Shown one piece after another: positions 12,179 to 25,719 of a DNA stretch of 64,000 nt; position 1 is the stretch's first letter, and each line of letters opens with the position of its first letter. Source of the DNA: the human T2T-CHM13v2.0 reference genome, Homo sapiens. Both the position numbers and the translations under genes were made by a program. The stretch lies in NCBI RefSeq assembly GCF_009914755.1, contig NC_060927.1. The stretch is one strand, 5' to 3'. The notes beneath the pieces are model-generated. The model ran no database searches and was not told where the DNA came from. It was given only the letters and a program-made list of their open reading frames with translations.

Positions 12179-12239
12179 TGCATTTTCTATTTTATTCTCA
12201 ATCAGCCACTTTAGAATTTATCTGTTTTATAGGTCTTTC

Positions 12240-12289
12240 AAACATCCAAACATCCATTAATAAAACATCCAAACATCCATTAATAAAAC
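12240..12289. repeat. Perfect 23-bp tandem duplication
   Basis: AAACATCCAAACATCCATTAATA x2 then AAAC. Confidence 0.9.
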
Positions 12290-12434
12290 CCTTTAGTTTT
12301 ATTAATTGCTTTGGTATTTTCTTTTTTTTTTATTCCCTACTTACTTAAAACATATTAGTTCAGTTTTTGTTTCTTGTTAGGGTATAATTCCTTTCTTATC
12401 CTAATTTCTTTATATTAAATGAAGGTAATTCATA

Positions 12435-12580
12435 TTCCTTCTTTCTTTCCTTCCTTCCTTCCTTCCTTCCTTTCTTCCTTCTTTCCTTCCTTCCTTCCTT
12501 CCTTCTTTCCTTCCTTCCTTCCTTCCTTCCTTCCCTTTTTTCTTTTTGTTTCTCCTTCCTTTTCTTCCTACTTTTCTTCT
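12435..12580. repeat. (TTCC)n / CT-rich microsatellite
   Basis: Runs of ttccttccttcc. Confidence 0.95.
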
Positions 12581-13249
12581 TTTATGTTTTTAAACTTTAA
12601 GTATTTCCAGCATCTCTGGCTATATGTTTTCCTTAGAGCTTTAGTGATACAGCAAAACTTTTGGTATGAACGATTTTGCTTTTAATTACATTGTGTGTAG
12701 TTCAAAATTTCAGTTTTATTTTTATTTTGATGTAGGAGTTATTTAGGAAAAATACAAAAATTTAGGTATTAAAGTTTTAAAAACATTTTATTTCTAGTTT
12801 TATTGGTTATAATCAAAGAATCTAGTCTATAAAAGAGCTGTTTTTTTTAGATTTTCTCTTTAAATTTTTTTCTTCTCTGTTGTCCTTATAATTTTTAATG
12901 TTCTCTATTTTTGACCAGTAAATAAATGATTACAATTTAATCCAAGAGTTTAACCTATTCAGGTTTATTTGATAACTTATTATTTATCTCTAAATTCTGT
13001 TATTTTATTATTTTTAACAAATGCATCAGTGTTGTTTACTTTTACTTTTTCTATGTTATATAACTCTCCCTTCTCTTAAAATATGCCTTGAAATGCCACC
13101 ACTTCTTAAATACTGGGATAGGTATTTAGCATTGTAGTGATCATTTCTTTGAATTTAAATACTGGTTTTTGCTTTGCTTTGTTTTCCCCTCCTATTTCTC
13201 TTAGTTGTGAGCTATAATGAATGTGACCTCCAGAACACTTCATATCAGT

Positions 13250-13696
13250 TTTGTCAGTCAGAATTCTTTGCTATGTAACAGAATTGATCAAAAGGATTAC
13301 AGTAGCTTGGAGAATCTCTGAGGATGCTAAAGGAACCAGTGTAGATAATGAGCATGAGCCAGAGCTGGGTTTGTAGACAAGAAACAACTAGTTAAGGTGC
13401 TATTGTTGCTGCCACCATGACAGCATACCCATAAGCAATCCCTTTCACTGTTCAACTGTTGACTCTTTTGTTCCTACCATGACTAATACCTGGCTACGCA
13501 TCATTTTCCCAAGTTCAGTCTTGAGTGACAGAGTCTAATTCATGTTTCTACATCCTAGAACCCTGGAGGGAGATAAAAAAAGCATTTGCCTTCTTGATTT
13601 CCTGCCTATCATTAATCATAACCATTGATGGAGTTTCATAAGTGAAGAAGATTGTTTGGATGCTGAGTAAACACATAACAATGCATTTCTATTACA
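13250..13696 (-). mobile_element. Old MaLR LTR (MLT1L/M/N-like)
   Basis: gtcagtcagaattctttgctatgtaacagaa...ggatgctgagtaaac..ctattaca terminus. Confidence 0.5.
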
Positions 13697-15604
13697 TGTA
13701 AACATTTTGCTCTGGGTATGCACATAAATTAGTTTTTAAAACATGCAGACATGTTTGCCTTCATTATTTTACTTTCAAAAAGAGAAAACCTCTCATCTAA
13801 CAATGCAACTTTCCTTCAGACTGTCCAAAGTGTGCTGACACCTTTTCTAGTGGAAGCAAATTTAATGTTTCAATATTTTTTGAGGATGTCTCCAAGATCA
13901 GAACTTCTGGATGATGTCCATTTGTCTCATATTACAGATTTGGTCCACTATTAATATTTTTCAGCTTTTGTATTAAATTGAAATGTCAACCCTATGAACA
14001 CTCTCCATATGCAGTAACAGATGTGAAAAAAGACAAGTAATACTTAATTATTTTATATGCACATATATTTTTCCCTTTTTAAATAGCAATGTTCCTGTCT
14101 TACATAGTATAAGCACCTAAGACTACAGGACCTATGATTATAGGGAGAAAAAAATGTTTTTTAAAAAATGAATGAATCATTAGGCTTAAGTTAACTTTTT
14201 GTTTCATAAATTTGGGTATAAAATTGTTGAAAATATAGTATCACAAATACATTGTAGGTTCAGAGTATGTGCCACATGTTATCAATAGTTGTAACTGATT
14301 TTCATCAGCCCATAACACTTTCTCATTCTATGTAAAGGACGTGTCCAAAAAAGAAGCAATGCTGGGCAGAATATCAGAACATTCATTAAGCCAAGAGATG
14401 ATAGTGCATACAGATGCACAATGAATAAGAACATGCAACTCCAAATCCTGAGTAAGTGTATATTCCAATGAGGACAAGAAACTAACTACTTTGTGTTAGG
14501 AGACTCAACTATAACCCATTTAATATCAAAATAGCTGGTTGGGCTCACAATATGGTCACCCATACGATGCTATGGCTACTGGAGATAGTAGGCCCCACAG
14601 CAGTGGTTATAAAAAGTCAGACTTGGTCAGGAGAATTAATGTTTCTGATTCCATTAATTGCCTTTATTCTTTTTACCTTAAACACTTTGTGCTTGAGTTG
14701 ATTGTGTAAGCACTGCATTGATCAAGGAGGAGGCTGCCTGAAATCAGAGAGTTTATCATGTTTCTACTTCATTAAGAAGCATCTTCATTGGGAGTTTTCA
14801 CTAAACATTTTCATGAGAAATAGTTCATAACTGAAAATCAATTCCGAAGTATTTGTTCAAACTTGAAAAAAGTTTACATAATTTATTGAAAATTATGAAA
14901 TTAATCTTTAGATGTACTAAAACAGATTAAAAATATATTACTCTGTAAAAAATCAAAGATTAATTTTTAAAACTTGGTGTTAGCTATTGCTTCATTCAAA
15001 TGGAGACCGAGTCTGAGGAGGGAGAAAGGCATTTGTCATTGTGTAGCCTTTCTTCTTGTTTGGATTTTTAAAATTTATACTTTTGTATATTCATGCATAG
15101 AAAAATGAGTAGAAAAAGACACTAGAAGACTCTTAATACCTTTTATACAAGGTATCTTTTATATTCATTGCTTTAGAATGCTATTTCATCTACAGTTGTA
15201 ATCTGGTAAATTGATGGTGAAACTCTCTGAAGATGGTTTGGCATTGGGAGGCATTAAGGAGACCTGGTGTTATTTACATTAGAGCAGCATTTTTACAAAT
15301 TCAAAGTAAGACTTTATTTAATGAACAATTATTTCATAGATTCTTTGTGCCTATGTATTTCAAATCTAGACATTATTAAATATGGTTGTAATTCTCCTAA
15401 AAAAATAGCTGCATATTTACAATGCAAATTCTATTGAGTCTATAGAAAACTTGCATTGAAATGCAAATGAGTTTGCAGTGCTCCAACAGCAAGAATATAT
15501 GAAAGCTTTCTTAAATATTATTTAACACTCATTTATGCCTGTTATGTAAAAAGTACTTAAATATTTTGGGGGCTATGTTTATTTATCATGATGATTCCTT
15601 CCTT

Positions 15605-15960
15605 TATTTCTTAATTCATTTATCACTTATTATCTCCAATATTCTGGAATATTTTCTAGGACTTTAGGTAAAGTTTTCATAGGCATCTCATAATCTATGC
15701 TCTGATGGAGCTTGTAATTTAGTTGTAAGGAGGGGAGACAAATTACTAAGGCAAAATAAATATATAAATAGTAACAGTAGCAAAATAATTTTAAACACTG
15801 TGTAGTACTTAAATGAAAGTAAAATGGGTTGATTCAAATGACAAATAGTGGTTGAGGTATGGGTAAGGCTGGGATTGGGGGTGGGTTGTGGGGGTTCATA
15901 GTATATGATAGTTAAAGGGAACATACCGGATAATGAGGTAAAGATTTAGAGCCCTGAGAA
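15605..15960 (-). mobile_element. L2 3' fragment
   Basis: attcatttatc..; ctctgatggagcttgtaatttagttgtaaggaggggagaca. Confidence 0.55.
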
Positions 15961-16349
15961 GGTTTTGTTTTCTTTATAGTTTCTTTTCTGTTCTTTTCAG
16001 CATATTTTTTTAGGGGAAGATGGTTGTTTATTCTTGTAGATGCAAGATTGCTATTATTTCAGAGAATTTGATGGGGTAAAAACTGTGTACTTTATTCAAA
16101 GGCTATCTCTGTTCAAATTTAGAGCGTGTGGTAGATTTAAACAAGTCAGAGAAAACAGTGACTTAATGAATGGCAGATTTGTCTGTCCATGTATTCTCTT
16201 ATTCATTCATATAAAAACACTCTTTTGAAGTGTCTGTTATTTGTTTTGTCTTTGGTAATATCAGGTTATTCAGTCAATCTTTCATACCTTCTAAAAATTG
16301 CATTCGTTTCTACCTACCTGAAAGGAGCAGGAACCATCACATAAAATGT

Positions 16350-16690
16350 GTCTTGCAAATTGGCATTTATTTATCCCCTATAATAAGAAGAATAGAGAGA
16401 GGTGGTTGGTTGTTGGCACTGATACCGTCACTTAATGAATCATCAAAGAACCAGGCTCCTTATGAATTTTTATTCCATCATGATTAGCCGGTTGTCATTT
16501 TTCTTCTTGTCTTCAAGATGGCTGCTATATCTCCAGACATGAGGAAGGGAAAAAAGCACTGAATGCCAGAGCCATTGTTATCATTTGGCAGGGAAGCAGA
16601 AACATTCCTAAAACCTCTTGGCTAAATTCTGCGTAAGTCTTTTTGCCTAGAATTGAGTCCTGTGGACAACTGTAACTTATAACTCGGTAA
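16350..16690 (-). mobile_element. MaLR LTR fragment (MLT1J/K-like)
   Basis: atcatcaaagaaccaggctcctt; caagatggctgctatatctccagacat; gcctagaattgagtcctgtgg. Confidence 0.6.
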
Positions 16691-16859
16691 AAAAAATAAA
16701 CTCTTTTATCAAATGTATTTTAAAAATATGTCTTTTGGGGAATGTTTTAGCTGCTTGATATTTTCCCAAAGTTGTATTATCTTTTTTATACTGGGGTTTT
16801 CTAATTAATTGACTATAAATGAATGATCATCAAAAATAACTGGGGTGATAATAATAGGA

Positions 16860-16936
16860 AATACTCATAATTACTCTATGTTCTACATGCTTTACATGTA
16901 ATAACTCATTTAATACTCACAACTCTGAAAAGAAGG
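16860..16936 (-). mobile_element. MIR fragment
   Basis: atgctttacatgtaataactcatttaatactcacaac. Confidence 0.6.
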
Positions 16937-16938
16937 TA

Positions 16939-17118
16939 CAGGTTGGGCAACCCTAATCCTAAAATCTTAAATCTGAAATGCTCCAAAATCAGGAACTTTT
17001 TCATGCTGGCATAATGCCACAAGTGGAAAATTCCACATCTGAACTCACGTGATGGGTCATAGTCAAAACACAACCAAAACTTTGTTTTGTGCACAAAATT
17101 ACTTAATACATTGTATAA
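16939..17118 (+). mobile_element. Tigger4/Zombi (Tigger4b-like) DNA transposon, left part only
   Basis: TA|caggttgggcaaccctaatcc..aaatgctccaaaatc..gccacaagtggaaaattccacatctga. Confidence 0.85.
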
Positions 17119-17175
17119 GGTGGTGCACCCCTGTAGTTCCAGCTACTCAGAAGGCCGAGGCAGGAGAACTGAACC
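17119..17175 (+). mobile_element. Internal Alu fragment (start of the right arm)
   Basis: ggtggtgcacccctgtagttccagctactcagaaggccgaggcaggagaa. Confidence 0.8.
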
Positions 17176-17239
17176 ACCATCACTAAGATTGAATTGTGAG
17201 AAGGCACAGCGAGTAGCATATAGAACTTAAGAATCATGC

Positions 17240-17390
17240 TCGGTTGACTGCCAGCAAACTAATGGGACACTGAATTATCTCAACAACCACATGAGATTGG
17301 AAGAGAACTCTGAGCTCCAATAAGAAATGGTGCTACTTTGACATGGATTGCAGCTTTATGGGAATCCGAGAACCCAGATAAGCTGATTGT
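17240..17390 (+). mobile_element. MLT1 LTR internal fragment
   Basis: gccagcaa..actgaattatctcaacaaccacatgagattggaagagaac..gattgcagctttatggga. Confidence 0.65.
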
Positions 17391-18315
17391 TAGTTTAGGT
17401 GTTACAAATCTACTTCCCTTTTTTATTATTGGCAGTTGACATTTACCAAATGAATTTCAAAGTATTGTTTAAGAAATGGTGTTTGGAGTTTGAACATGTT
17501 TGTGCTGGTTGCAACACATAACACAATCCTCATATAAGCAGATTTTAACAATAGCCTCTACATTACTCTTAAAACTACTCATCATATTTGGGTTTGACAT
17601 CACATTATCCATTGTAATAAAGGTAAAATTTCCACCACAAAAATGCATCCATTTGAATATATATAACAAATATTTGAATTTCAGAATTTGAACATGTATT
17701 TGCAAAAGTGGAGTTTACTGTTACTTTTGACCTGATGTTGCAGATATGAAAATTATTTAAAATTTGAGAAATTAATTCAATATATGTTATATAGCCCCAT
17801 TTTTATACATGTATTTCAAGTTATATATAATGCCTTTAAGAAATCCTGATACTTTTAGATACTGAATTTGTTAAATATTGAAGAACTACTTTCATGCAAA
17901 GAGTCAAAATGGCTGCTTTCAAGTGGCCCCAAAACGTGAAAAAATTCTTAACGTCACTAATCATTAGAGAAATGCAAATTAAAACCATGATGAGATACTA
18001 TCTCACAGTCAGAATTAAAAAGTCAAAAACCAACAGATATTCACCAGGATGCATAGAAAAGGAAATGCTTATTCACTTTTGTTGGAAATGTAAATTAGTA
18101 CATTGAAAATAGTATGGAGATTTCTCAAAGTACTAAAATTAGAACTACCATGCAATCCTGCAATCCTACTACTGGGTATCTACCCAAGGGAAAATAAATC
18201 CTTATATCGAAAAGCACACCTTCGTGCATCTATTTATCACAGTGCTATTCACAAGGGCAAAGTCATGGAGTCAACCTAAGTGTTCATCAATGAATGATTG
18301 GATAAGGAAAATATG

Positions 18316-18370
<55 letters not shown>
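18316..18370. repeat. (ATCT)n tetranucleotide STR, about 13 units
   Basis: Uninterrupted atctatct run. Confidence 0.97.
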
Positions 18371-18478
18371 GCTCTATTGACACACCACACATGTACCTTA
18401 GTATACTACACAGCTATACAAAAGATTGAAACCATATCTTTTGAGGCAACATGGATGGAACTGGAAGCCATTATTCTA

Positions 18479-18817
<339 letters not shown>

Positions 18818-19284
18818 AGAAGCAGAAAATCAAAAACTGCATGTTCTCACTCAAAAGTGGGAGCTAAACTATGGGTAAACATACACAGTGGAATAATAGA
18901 CATTGGAAACCCAAGAAGGTGGGAGACTGGGATGGGGGTGAGAGATGAAATACTACCTACTGGGTACAATGTACACTATTTGGGTATTGGTACATTGAAA
19001 GTCCAGTCACCACTACACAATATATCCATGTAACACAACTTCACTTGTACTCCCTAAATCTATAAAAATTTAAAAACTGCCTGGCTTCTGTTAACATTTG
19101 TGGGGTGCTATTAAACTTAATTATTTCTGAATTAGGCCTTTTATAGGACAAAAGTTGCAAATTTGCAATCTAGGAAAAAACTTATAAAAATAATTTAGAA
19201 ATGTTTTTCAATATGCCAGCCAATAACTATATTTATTCATTTTTATCTTTATATATTTATGTAGTTTATGTAATATTATAATGT

Positions 19285-21190
19285 TGTTGAAGCTCAAGAA
19301 ATACCATCTCAAAACATTACTGTATACCAGATTATGGCACCCAAAAATATACTTCATTGGCAAAATGATTCTGTGGAGTTGATTATTTAGAGAAACTGCA
19401 GGCACAGGAGTCGTACTGAAAAGCTGCTCTTTTGTAAAGGATATTTACATCTATAAAATAAATTTTCATTAGTAAATGTATCTATACCAAGCAGGTATCT
19501 CCATCATCAGAGAACTTTAATCTGCATAAAAAGTCAATCTTTTCTTTTTTATTTTAAGTTTTATTTTCAATTCAGGGGGTACACATGAGAGTTTGTCACA
19601 TGGGTATCTTATGTGGTGCTGAAGTTTGGGGTATGAATTATCCCATCACCCAGATAGTGAGTATGGTATCCAATGGGTAGTTTTTCAGCCTTTGCCACCC
19701 TCTCCCTCTTCCCTCTAGTAGTCTCCAGTGTCTATTTTCCCCATCTTTATGTTCATGAGTACTTGGTGTTTAGCTCCCCCTTTATAAGTGAGAATGTGAG
19801 GTAGTTGTTTTCTGTTCCTGCATTAATTTGCTTTGGATAATGGCCTTCAGCTGCATTCATGTTTTTGCAAAGGACATGGTTTCATTTGTTATGGCTGTGT
19901 ATTATTCCATGGTGTATACGTACCACATTTTCTTTATCCAATCCACCAACATGGGCACCTCGTTTTATTCCATGTCTTTACAATTGCAAATAGTGCTGCG
20001 ATGAACATGTACATGCCTGTGTCTTTTTGGTATAGAATGATTTACTTTCCTTTGGGTAGATATCTAGTAATTGAATTTCTGGACTGAATGGTAGTTCTAT
20101 TTTATGTTATTTGAGAAATCTGCAAACTGTTCTCTACAGTGGAAGAACTAATTTACATTCCCGCCAATGGTGTATAAGTGTTTCCTTTTTTTGCAACCTC
20201 ACCAGCATGTTATTTTTTGACTTTTTATAATAGGTATTCTGACTGCTGTGAGATGGTATCTCCTTGTGGTTTTGATTTGCATTTCTCTGGTGATTAGTGA
20301 TATGCAGCATTTTTTCATATGTTTGTTGGCTGCTTGTATGTCTTCTTTTGAAAAGTGTCTGTTTATGTCCTTTGCCTACTTTTTAATGGGGTTATTTTAT
20401 TTTTTCTTACTGACTTGTATCAGTTCCTTATAGATACTGGATATTAGTTCTTTGTCGGATGCATAGTTTGGAAATATTTTCTCCCATTTTTAAGTTGTCT
20501 GTTTACTCTGTTAATTATTTCTTTTGCTGTCCAGAAGCTTTTTACTTTATTTCAGTCCCATTTGTCTATTTTTGTTTTTGTTGCATTTGCTTTTAAGGTC
20601 TTAGTTATAAATTCTTTGCCTAGATCAATGTCCAGAAGAGTTTGTCCCAGGTTTTCTTCTGTGATTTTTATAGTTTCAGGTATTACATTTAAGTGTATAA
20701 TCCATCTCGAGTTAATTTTTGTATATGATGAGAGATAGGAGTCCAGTTTCATTCTTCTGAACATGCCTAGCCAGGTTTCCCAGCATCATTTATCTATTTG
20801 TCGAATAGGCTGTCCTTTGCTCATTGTTCACTTTTACCAACTTTATCTAAGATCATTGGTTTTAGGTATGTAGCTTTATTATTAAGTTGTCTATTCTGTG
20901 GCATCAGAAAAAGATAATCTTTATTCACATTTCCTCCCCTCATCTTCCAATAATTTGTCTTCACTACTGCTCAGAAGCCACAAGTCACTATTCTTTTTTG
21001 TAGCTTAGGATGCTATATAAGTTTAAATCATCTGGCCTTTCCTTGAGTCTCATATTTTTGTAGGTCTCCCACACATATGTAGACAAATAAAATTGATTTC
21101 TTTCCTTTTAATCTGTTTTAGTCATTTTAGTTTGTAGCCCAGCCAAAAAACCTAAGAGAGTAGAAGGCAACAATTTTTCCCTCTGTTACA
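19285..21190 (+). mobile_element. ERV1 MER34/MER39-group solo LTR split by an L1 (19285-19542 plus about 20908-21190)
   Basis: 5' cacccaaaaatatac..gagaaactgcaggcacagga; 3' gctatataag, aataaaatt..ttaatctgtttt..cccagccaaaaaacctaagagagtaga..ttaca. Confidence 0.7.
19543..20905 (-). mobile_element. 5'-truncated L1PA15/16-like element inserted into the LTR
   Basis: ttcagggggtacacatg..tcccatcacccagatagtgag; ORF 20552-20764 [19 protein letters not shown] is ORF2p-like; TSD aaaaagtcaatcttt / aaaaagataatcttt. Confidence 0.92.
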
Positions 21191-21223
21191 ATATGTAGTT
21201 TCCAGTACTGAGTGGATACAAAT

Positions 21224-21762
21224 GGTAGGGAAAGAATAATTTTTTTTCGACCCTCATAGGTTCTTACTTGGAATGGACCCTTGTAACAAAAGGCAGATTA
21301 ACAAGAGAAAAGCAAACAGAAGTTTATTATCATGTATATTTCATATATACATGGGGGACATGCAGGTAATAGTTTTCAAAAGGTGGAGGCTTTGAATTAC
21401 AGTTTGTATATCATCTTCAACTATGAACAATACATTTTTAGAGATGTATCAAGACAAAGGAAAAGGACATTAAGCCTCTATGAATAGCAACTTGTGGAAA
21501 GACAAACAAATTACAGATAAAGGCTAGTTAGTAAAGCTGTTCAATGCCTAGTCCTCTTGTAGCAACTCCAGGCCCATAAGTGTCTAAAGTTATCTTCCGT
21601 GGTTAACCTTTGTTCTACTTAACCTTTTGTCTTTGGAAATTGATGTCCTGTTTTTAGGCAAATAGAAGGAGGGTAGAAAGCTTTACTGTATGTGCTTCTT
21701 CTGAATTGCCTTCAGCTCAATGATCTTTCATATTTTGTGTTGACATATTCTGGTCTTCCACT
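21224..21762 (-). mobile_element. MER34-family solo LTR
   Basis: tgtaacaaaaggcagattaacaagagaaaagcaaacagaagtttatt; aattgccttcagctcaa..catattttgtgttgacatattctg. Confidence 0.82.
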
Positions 21763-22165
21763 ATTCTTAATAAGTTAAATAATTATTGAATAAACTTATA
21801 AAAAACAAGTAAATTCGCTCTCCCTGATCAGGAATTTCAAATACTGACTTTGATAATGCCATTGAAACACTACTCAGAAGATAAGAACAATACTTATTAT
21901 TATAGTTGTAACAATATTAAAATATTTAACATATAGAGTTTCTCCCACTTTTGTTTTCCCCCTTACCCCAATAATTGATATAACTAGAGTATTTCATGTA
22001 TTATTTCTTTTTCAAATGATAAAACAATTGTCTCACCCTGCCAACTGGAAATTCAAAAGTCTCAAAAAGCCAGAATTCTGTATTCTTTGTTTTCTGAAGA
22101 TATTCATAACCACCAAAGAGTTAAATGTAATTTCTATTAGAGAAAAGATGAGCAAATACATTAAA

Positions 22166-22243
22166 TTTTACTATCATTAAAAACTTTTTAATGATACTAT
22201 TTTACTATCATTAATAATACTATTTTACTATCACTAAAAACTT
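22166..22243. repeat. Nested direct and inverted micro-repeat cluster
   Basis: 12-bp perfect inverted repeat TATCATTAAAAA-C-TTTTTAATGATA (22172-22196) plus a 23-bp tandem pair at 22189-22234. Confidence 0.85.
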
Positions 22244-24679
22244 ATTTACTCTATGGCCCTTCAAATGGAGAAATGTAAACAGCTTCCCCAAAATGAGCCA
22301 CAGATAATGCAGAGAAGTTAAGGAAATCTACATTCAGTTGGCCAATCTCAGAAAAGATTCATCAGCTTTAATCTTATTCTCTTGATTACTCTGAGGTAAA
22401 TAAAGTACATGAGGTAAAGGCAGAATTTGAGCCATGGTTGGAGTAAAGGAGGCATGGTAAGGCAAACACAATGTAAATGAAGGTACAAATCTGGTGTGGA
22501 CTTAGCAGAGAGTAGAAACAGAATTCACTCAAGAGGAGGTACTAACTGAAGAAGGTTCTAATAGGATGTCTCGAGATGTGCCATAAAAATATAGAAAAAA
22601 ATAAGCCAATAAAATGATGAAACAGGTGGTATACATTATGCAAAACTCATTTGTCTAAAAAAGACAAATCTCTCATCTGGGAGTAAATACATGCTACAGA
22701 GAAAGGGGTTTCATATTACCTGTAATAATATGTTTGTTTTACAGTTTTAGGAATTTAGGTCTGAGAGACTCCTAGAAGGCAGGAAAGGGTAATCATGAAT
22801 TCTTTTAAAGAAAATATTTCATAAAATAAGTGTTTCATTCTGATTCATACCTGTCAATAATGCAAAGAATATCTCTCTCCAAAACGGCTCATTTAAAAAA
22901 TTGTGTTAATTACTAATGTATATACATATTTTTATAAAAAGTATGTTATCTATATCACAAATGTCAAACATGCAGATTTATATGGACAAAATATTAGAGA
23001 TGCTTTTGCAACTTTTCTGTCACCCTATTTAGCTTATTTTGTCTACATTGATATTTTCATTTTAGTTGATCATTTTCTGACCAAGCAAGAGAGAACATAT
23101 TCTTTTATTGAAGATTGTATTGCTACTAATTCAAAGTGATGCAGCATGAGGAACATATTTTTGGTTTACCAAAATATACTTGACCTGGAAGTATGGAAAG
23201 GAATGTTCTGCACTAGTAAATACTCTGATTCATCTGTCACTGAATATGAAGAAGTGATATACATAGGATATCAAGCTGTCATTTCTATGATTTTGTTTTT
23301 TTGGAGGGGTTGTTTTTTGGCTTTAACCAGGAACACTTTGGGAAATATTTTTTAAAAACAGCAATCTGAGACATTTTTCTTATAACTATCAGAGGCAAGC
23401 CTATATTCAAGTTCTAGAGGAGAATAAAGAACAGAACAAAGTCAAATTAAAAAACATATCATTGTCATAAGATGACCACATTATTATTATGTATTATCTA
23501 AAAATTAGATATATTTTTATAAAACAAATTTAATTCTACCACTTTCTCTTTTAAATTAGTATTTTATTTAATGCAACCATTCATTTCATTATTGTTAATG
23601 ATTTTTAACTGAAATTAAAATGGCTTCAAGACAATAGAATTTATATTTATTATAAAATATTTTAATATAAATTGATGAAATAGGCCATTTCAATATATTG
23701 AGTTCCTCCAATCTTATATGAGTCTCATAAATGTTAACAGTCTTTTTGCAGTTAATTAAACTAGCACTCCAGTTCATTATTTTTAAAACCTAAGTGTATG
23801 TCTCTAAGAAAACCTGGAAAGATTTTTGGTCTGAAAAATTGTCTTCTATTTATGATTAACACGACAAATAAGAAGCTAAGCAATCTTCCTAAGGCCATAA
23901 TGCTGTGCAAAGGATAAAACACAAGTTGAATCTCTATAATCTTCTTCCAGGCTGAAAAATATAATCTAAATGTAAGATGCAATAATAATAATAAAATAAA
24001 AAGCATATGTGATCCCCTTACAGGAAATAATTCAAGTAATAATGGGAAGGCTATAAAGACATTAAAAAGATCAATTTTGCATAAACAATCTTAGCTATAG
24101 CAATGTTCAACTTGCCTTAGTTACAAATAAATTACTGAAAAAATTCAATCAATAATATTAAAGGTAACATATAATTAGCATGTAGACTTGGAAGATCAAT
24201 CTATTATTGTGAGACAAGCTTTCGTTCCGCATGTAACCTAATTTTTTACATTTTCCAATATAATTAGGATTTCTGATAACAACTATAAAAGTAGGAGAAG
24301 AAAATATATTTAAGTAATAGAAAATATTTTTCTTGGAACTGTACCATAAATTATTATTTTGATCCTGGAACTCACAGAGCCTCTAAATAGTAGCTATTAT
24401 AACTAGTAAAAGGACATCACCTGAGGATGATCAAAGGGTTACTACAAAAATTATTTGAAATCGTTAGACACTGTCTACACTTTATCCAACATGCAGTAGC
24501 AACAGGAAAAGTAACTTATTCCACAAGCGTTAAAATAGGTGGATTCATATTAGGAGCTTATATAATTAAATATGTTAATAGCTCAATTAGAAAGAGTGAT
24601 TAATATCAATCATTAAACTAGCTCAGTTAAAAAAGAAAATATTTATTTTATTCACTCAACTTTCGGTATATATAAATAA

Positions 24680-25180
<501 letters not shown>

Positions 25181-25719
25181 TAAGGTGGGCTATGCATGTG
25201 CTATTTGAGAATGCTCTTGTAAAAATATTCAATTTTATTTTACAGACAAAATACTTAGTGTATTAAAACTATCATGAAACTTTGCTGCTTCCTCAAGATG
25301 ATAGTATAATTTCTCTTACGAATTTTTAATGCCTGGCATTAGTTCTATAATTTCTGTTTCTTGTTACGGAGATAATCAAATATGTATCCTCTTCCACTGG
25401 ATAATATTCTCCAATGTAAGCTATTATTGCAAATAAAAAATCTTAATGAGAAGCAAGGTTATCAATGTAAATACCAGGTTTTATGTTTGTATGGTATTTT
25501 GATGGCAATTGATAACTTCAGAGGAGTTATCACTGGGCCATTTATTAAAAAAATAGAATTTAGTACAGAATGCAGTCATTAGAAAGAGTATTTATTAGGA
25601 AGGTGCAAATGCCTAGAAATGGTGTAGAATGTGAGATCATTATGGCTAGACCTAAGGTTCAACAAAGTATTTTTCATGGAAGTATATGCATACAGTTTTT
25701 TCTAAGAAAATCTGTGCAC

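Larger units (their letters stand above)
12180..13000 (-). mobile_element. Ancient L1M/L1ME ORF2 remnant
   Basis: tttatctgttttataggtctttcaaa; aacttttggtatgaa; gagttatttagga; atttctagttttattggttataatcaaagaat. Confidence 0.55.

Noticed and set aside
12419-12685. ORF with PSFL repeats
   Set aside because: Translation of the (TTCC)n microsatellite.
22745-22788. Possible 44-nt exon (ttttacAG..AGG|GTAATC)
   Set aside because: Stops in all frames, modest donor and no other support.
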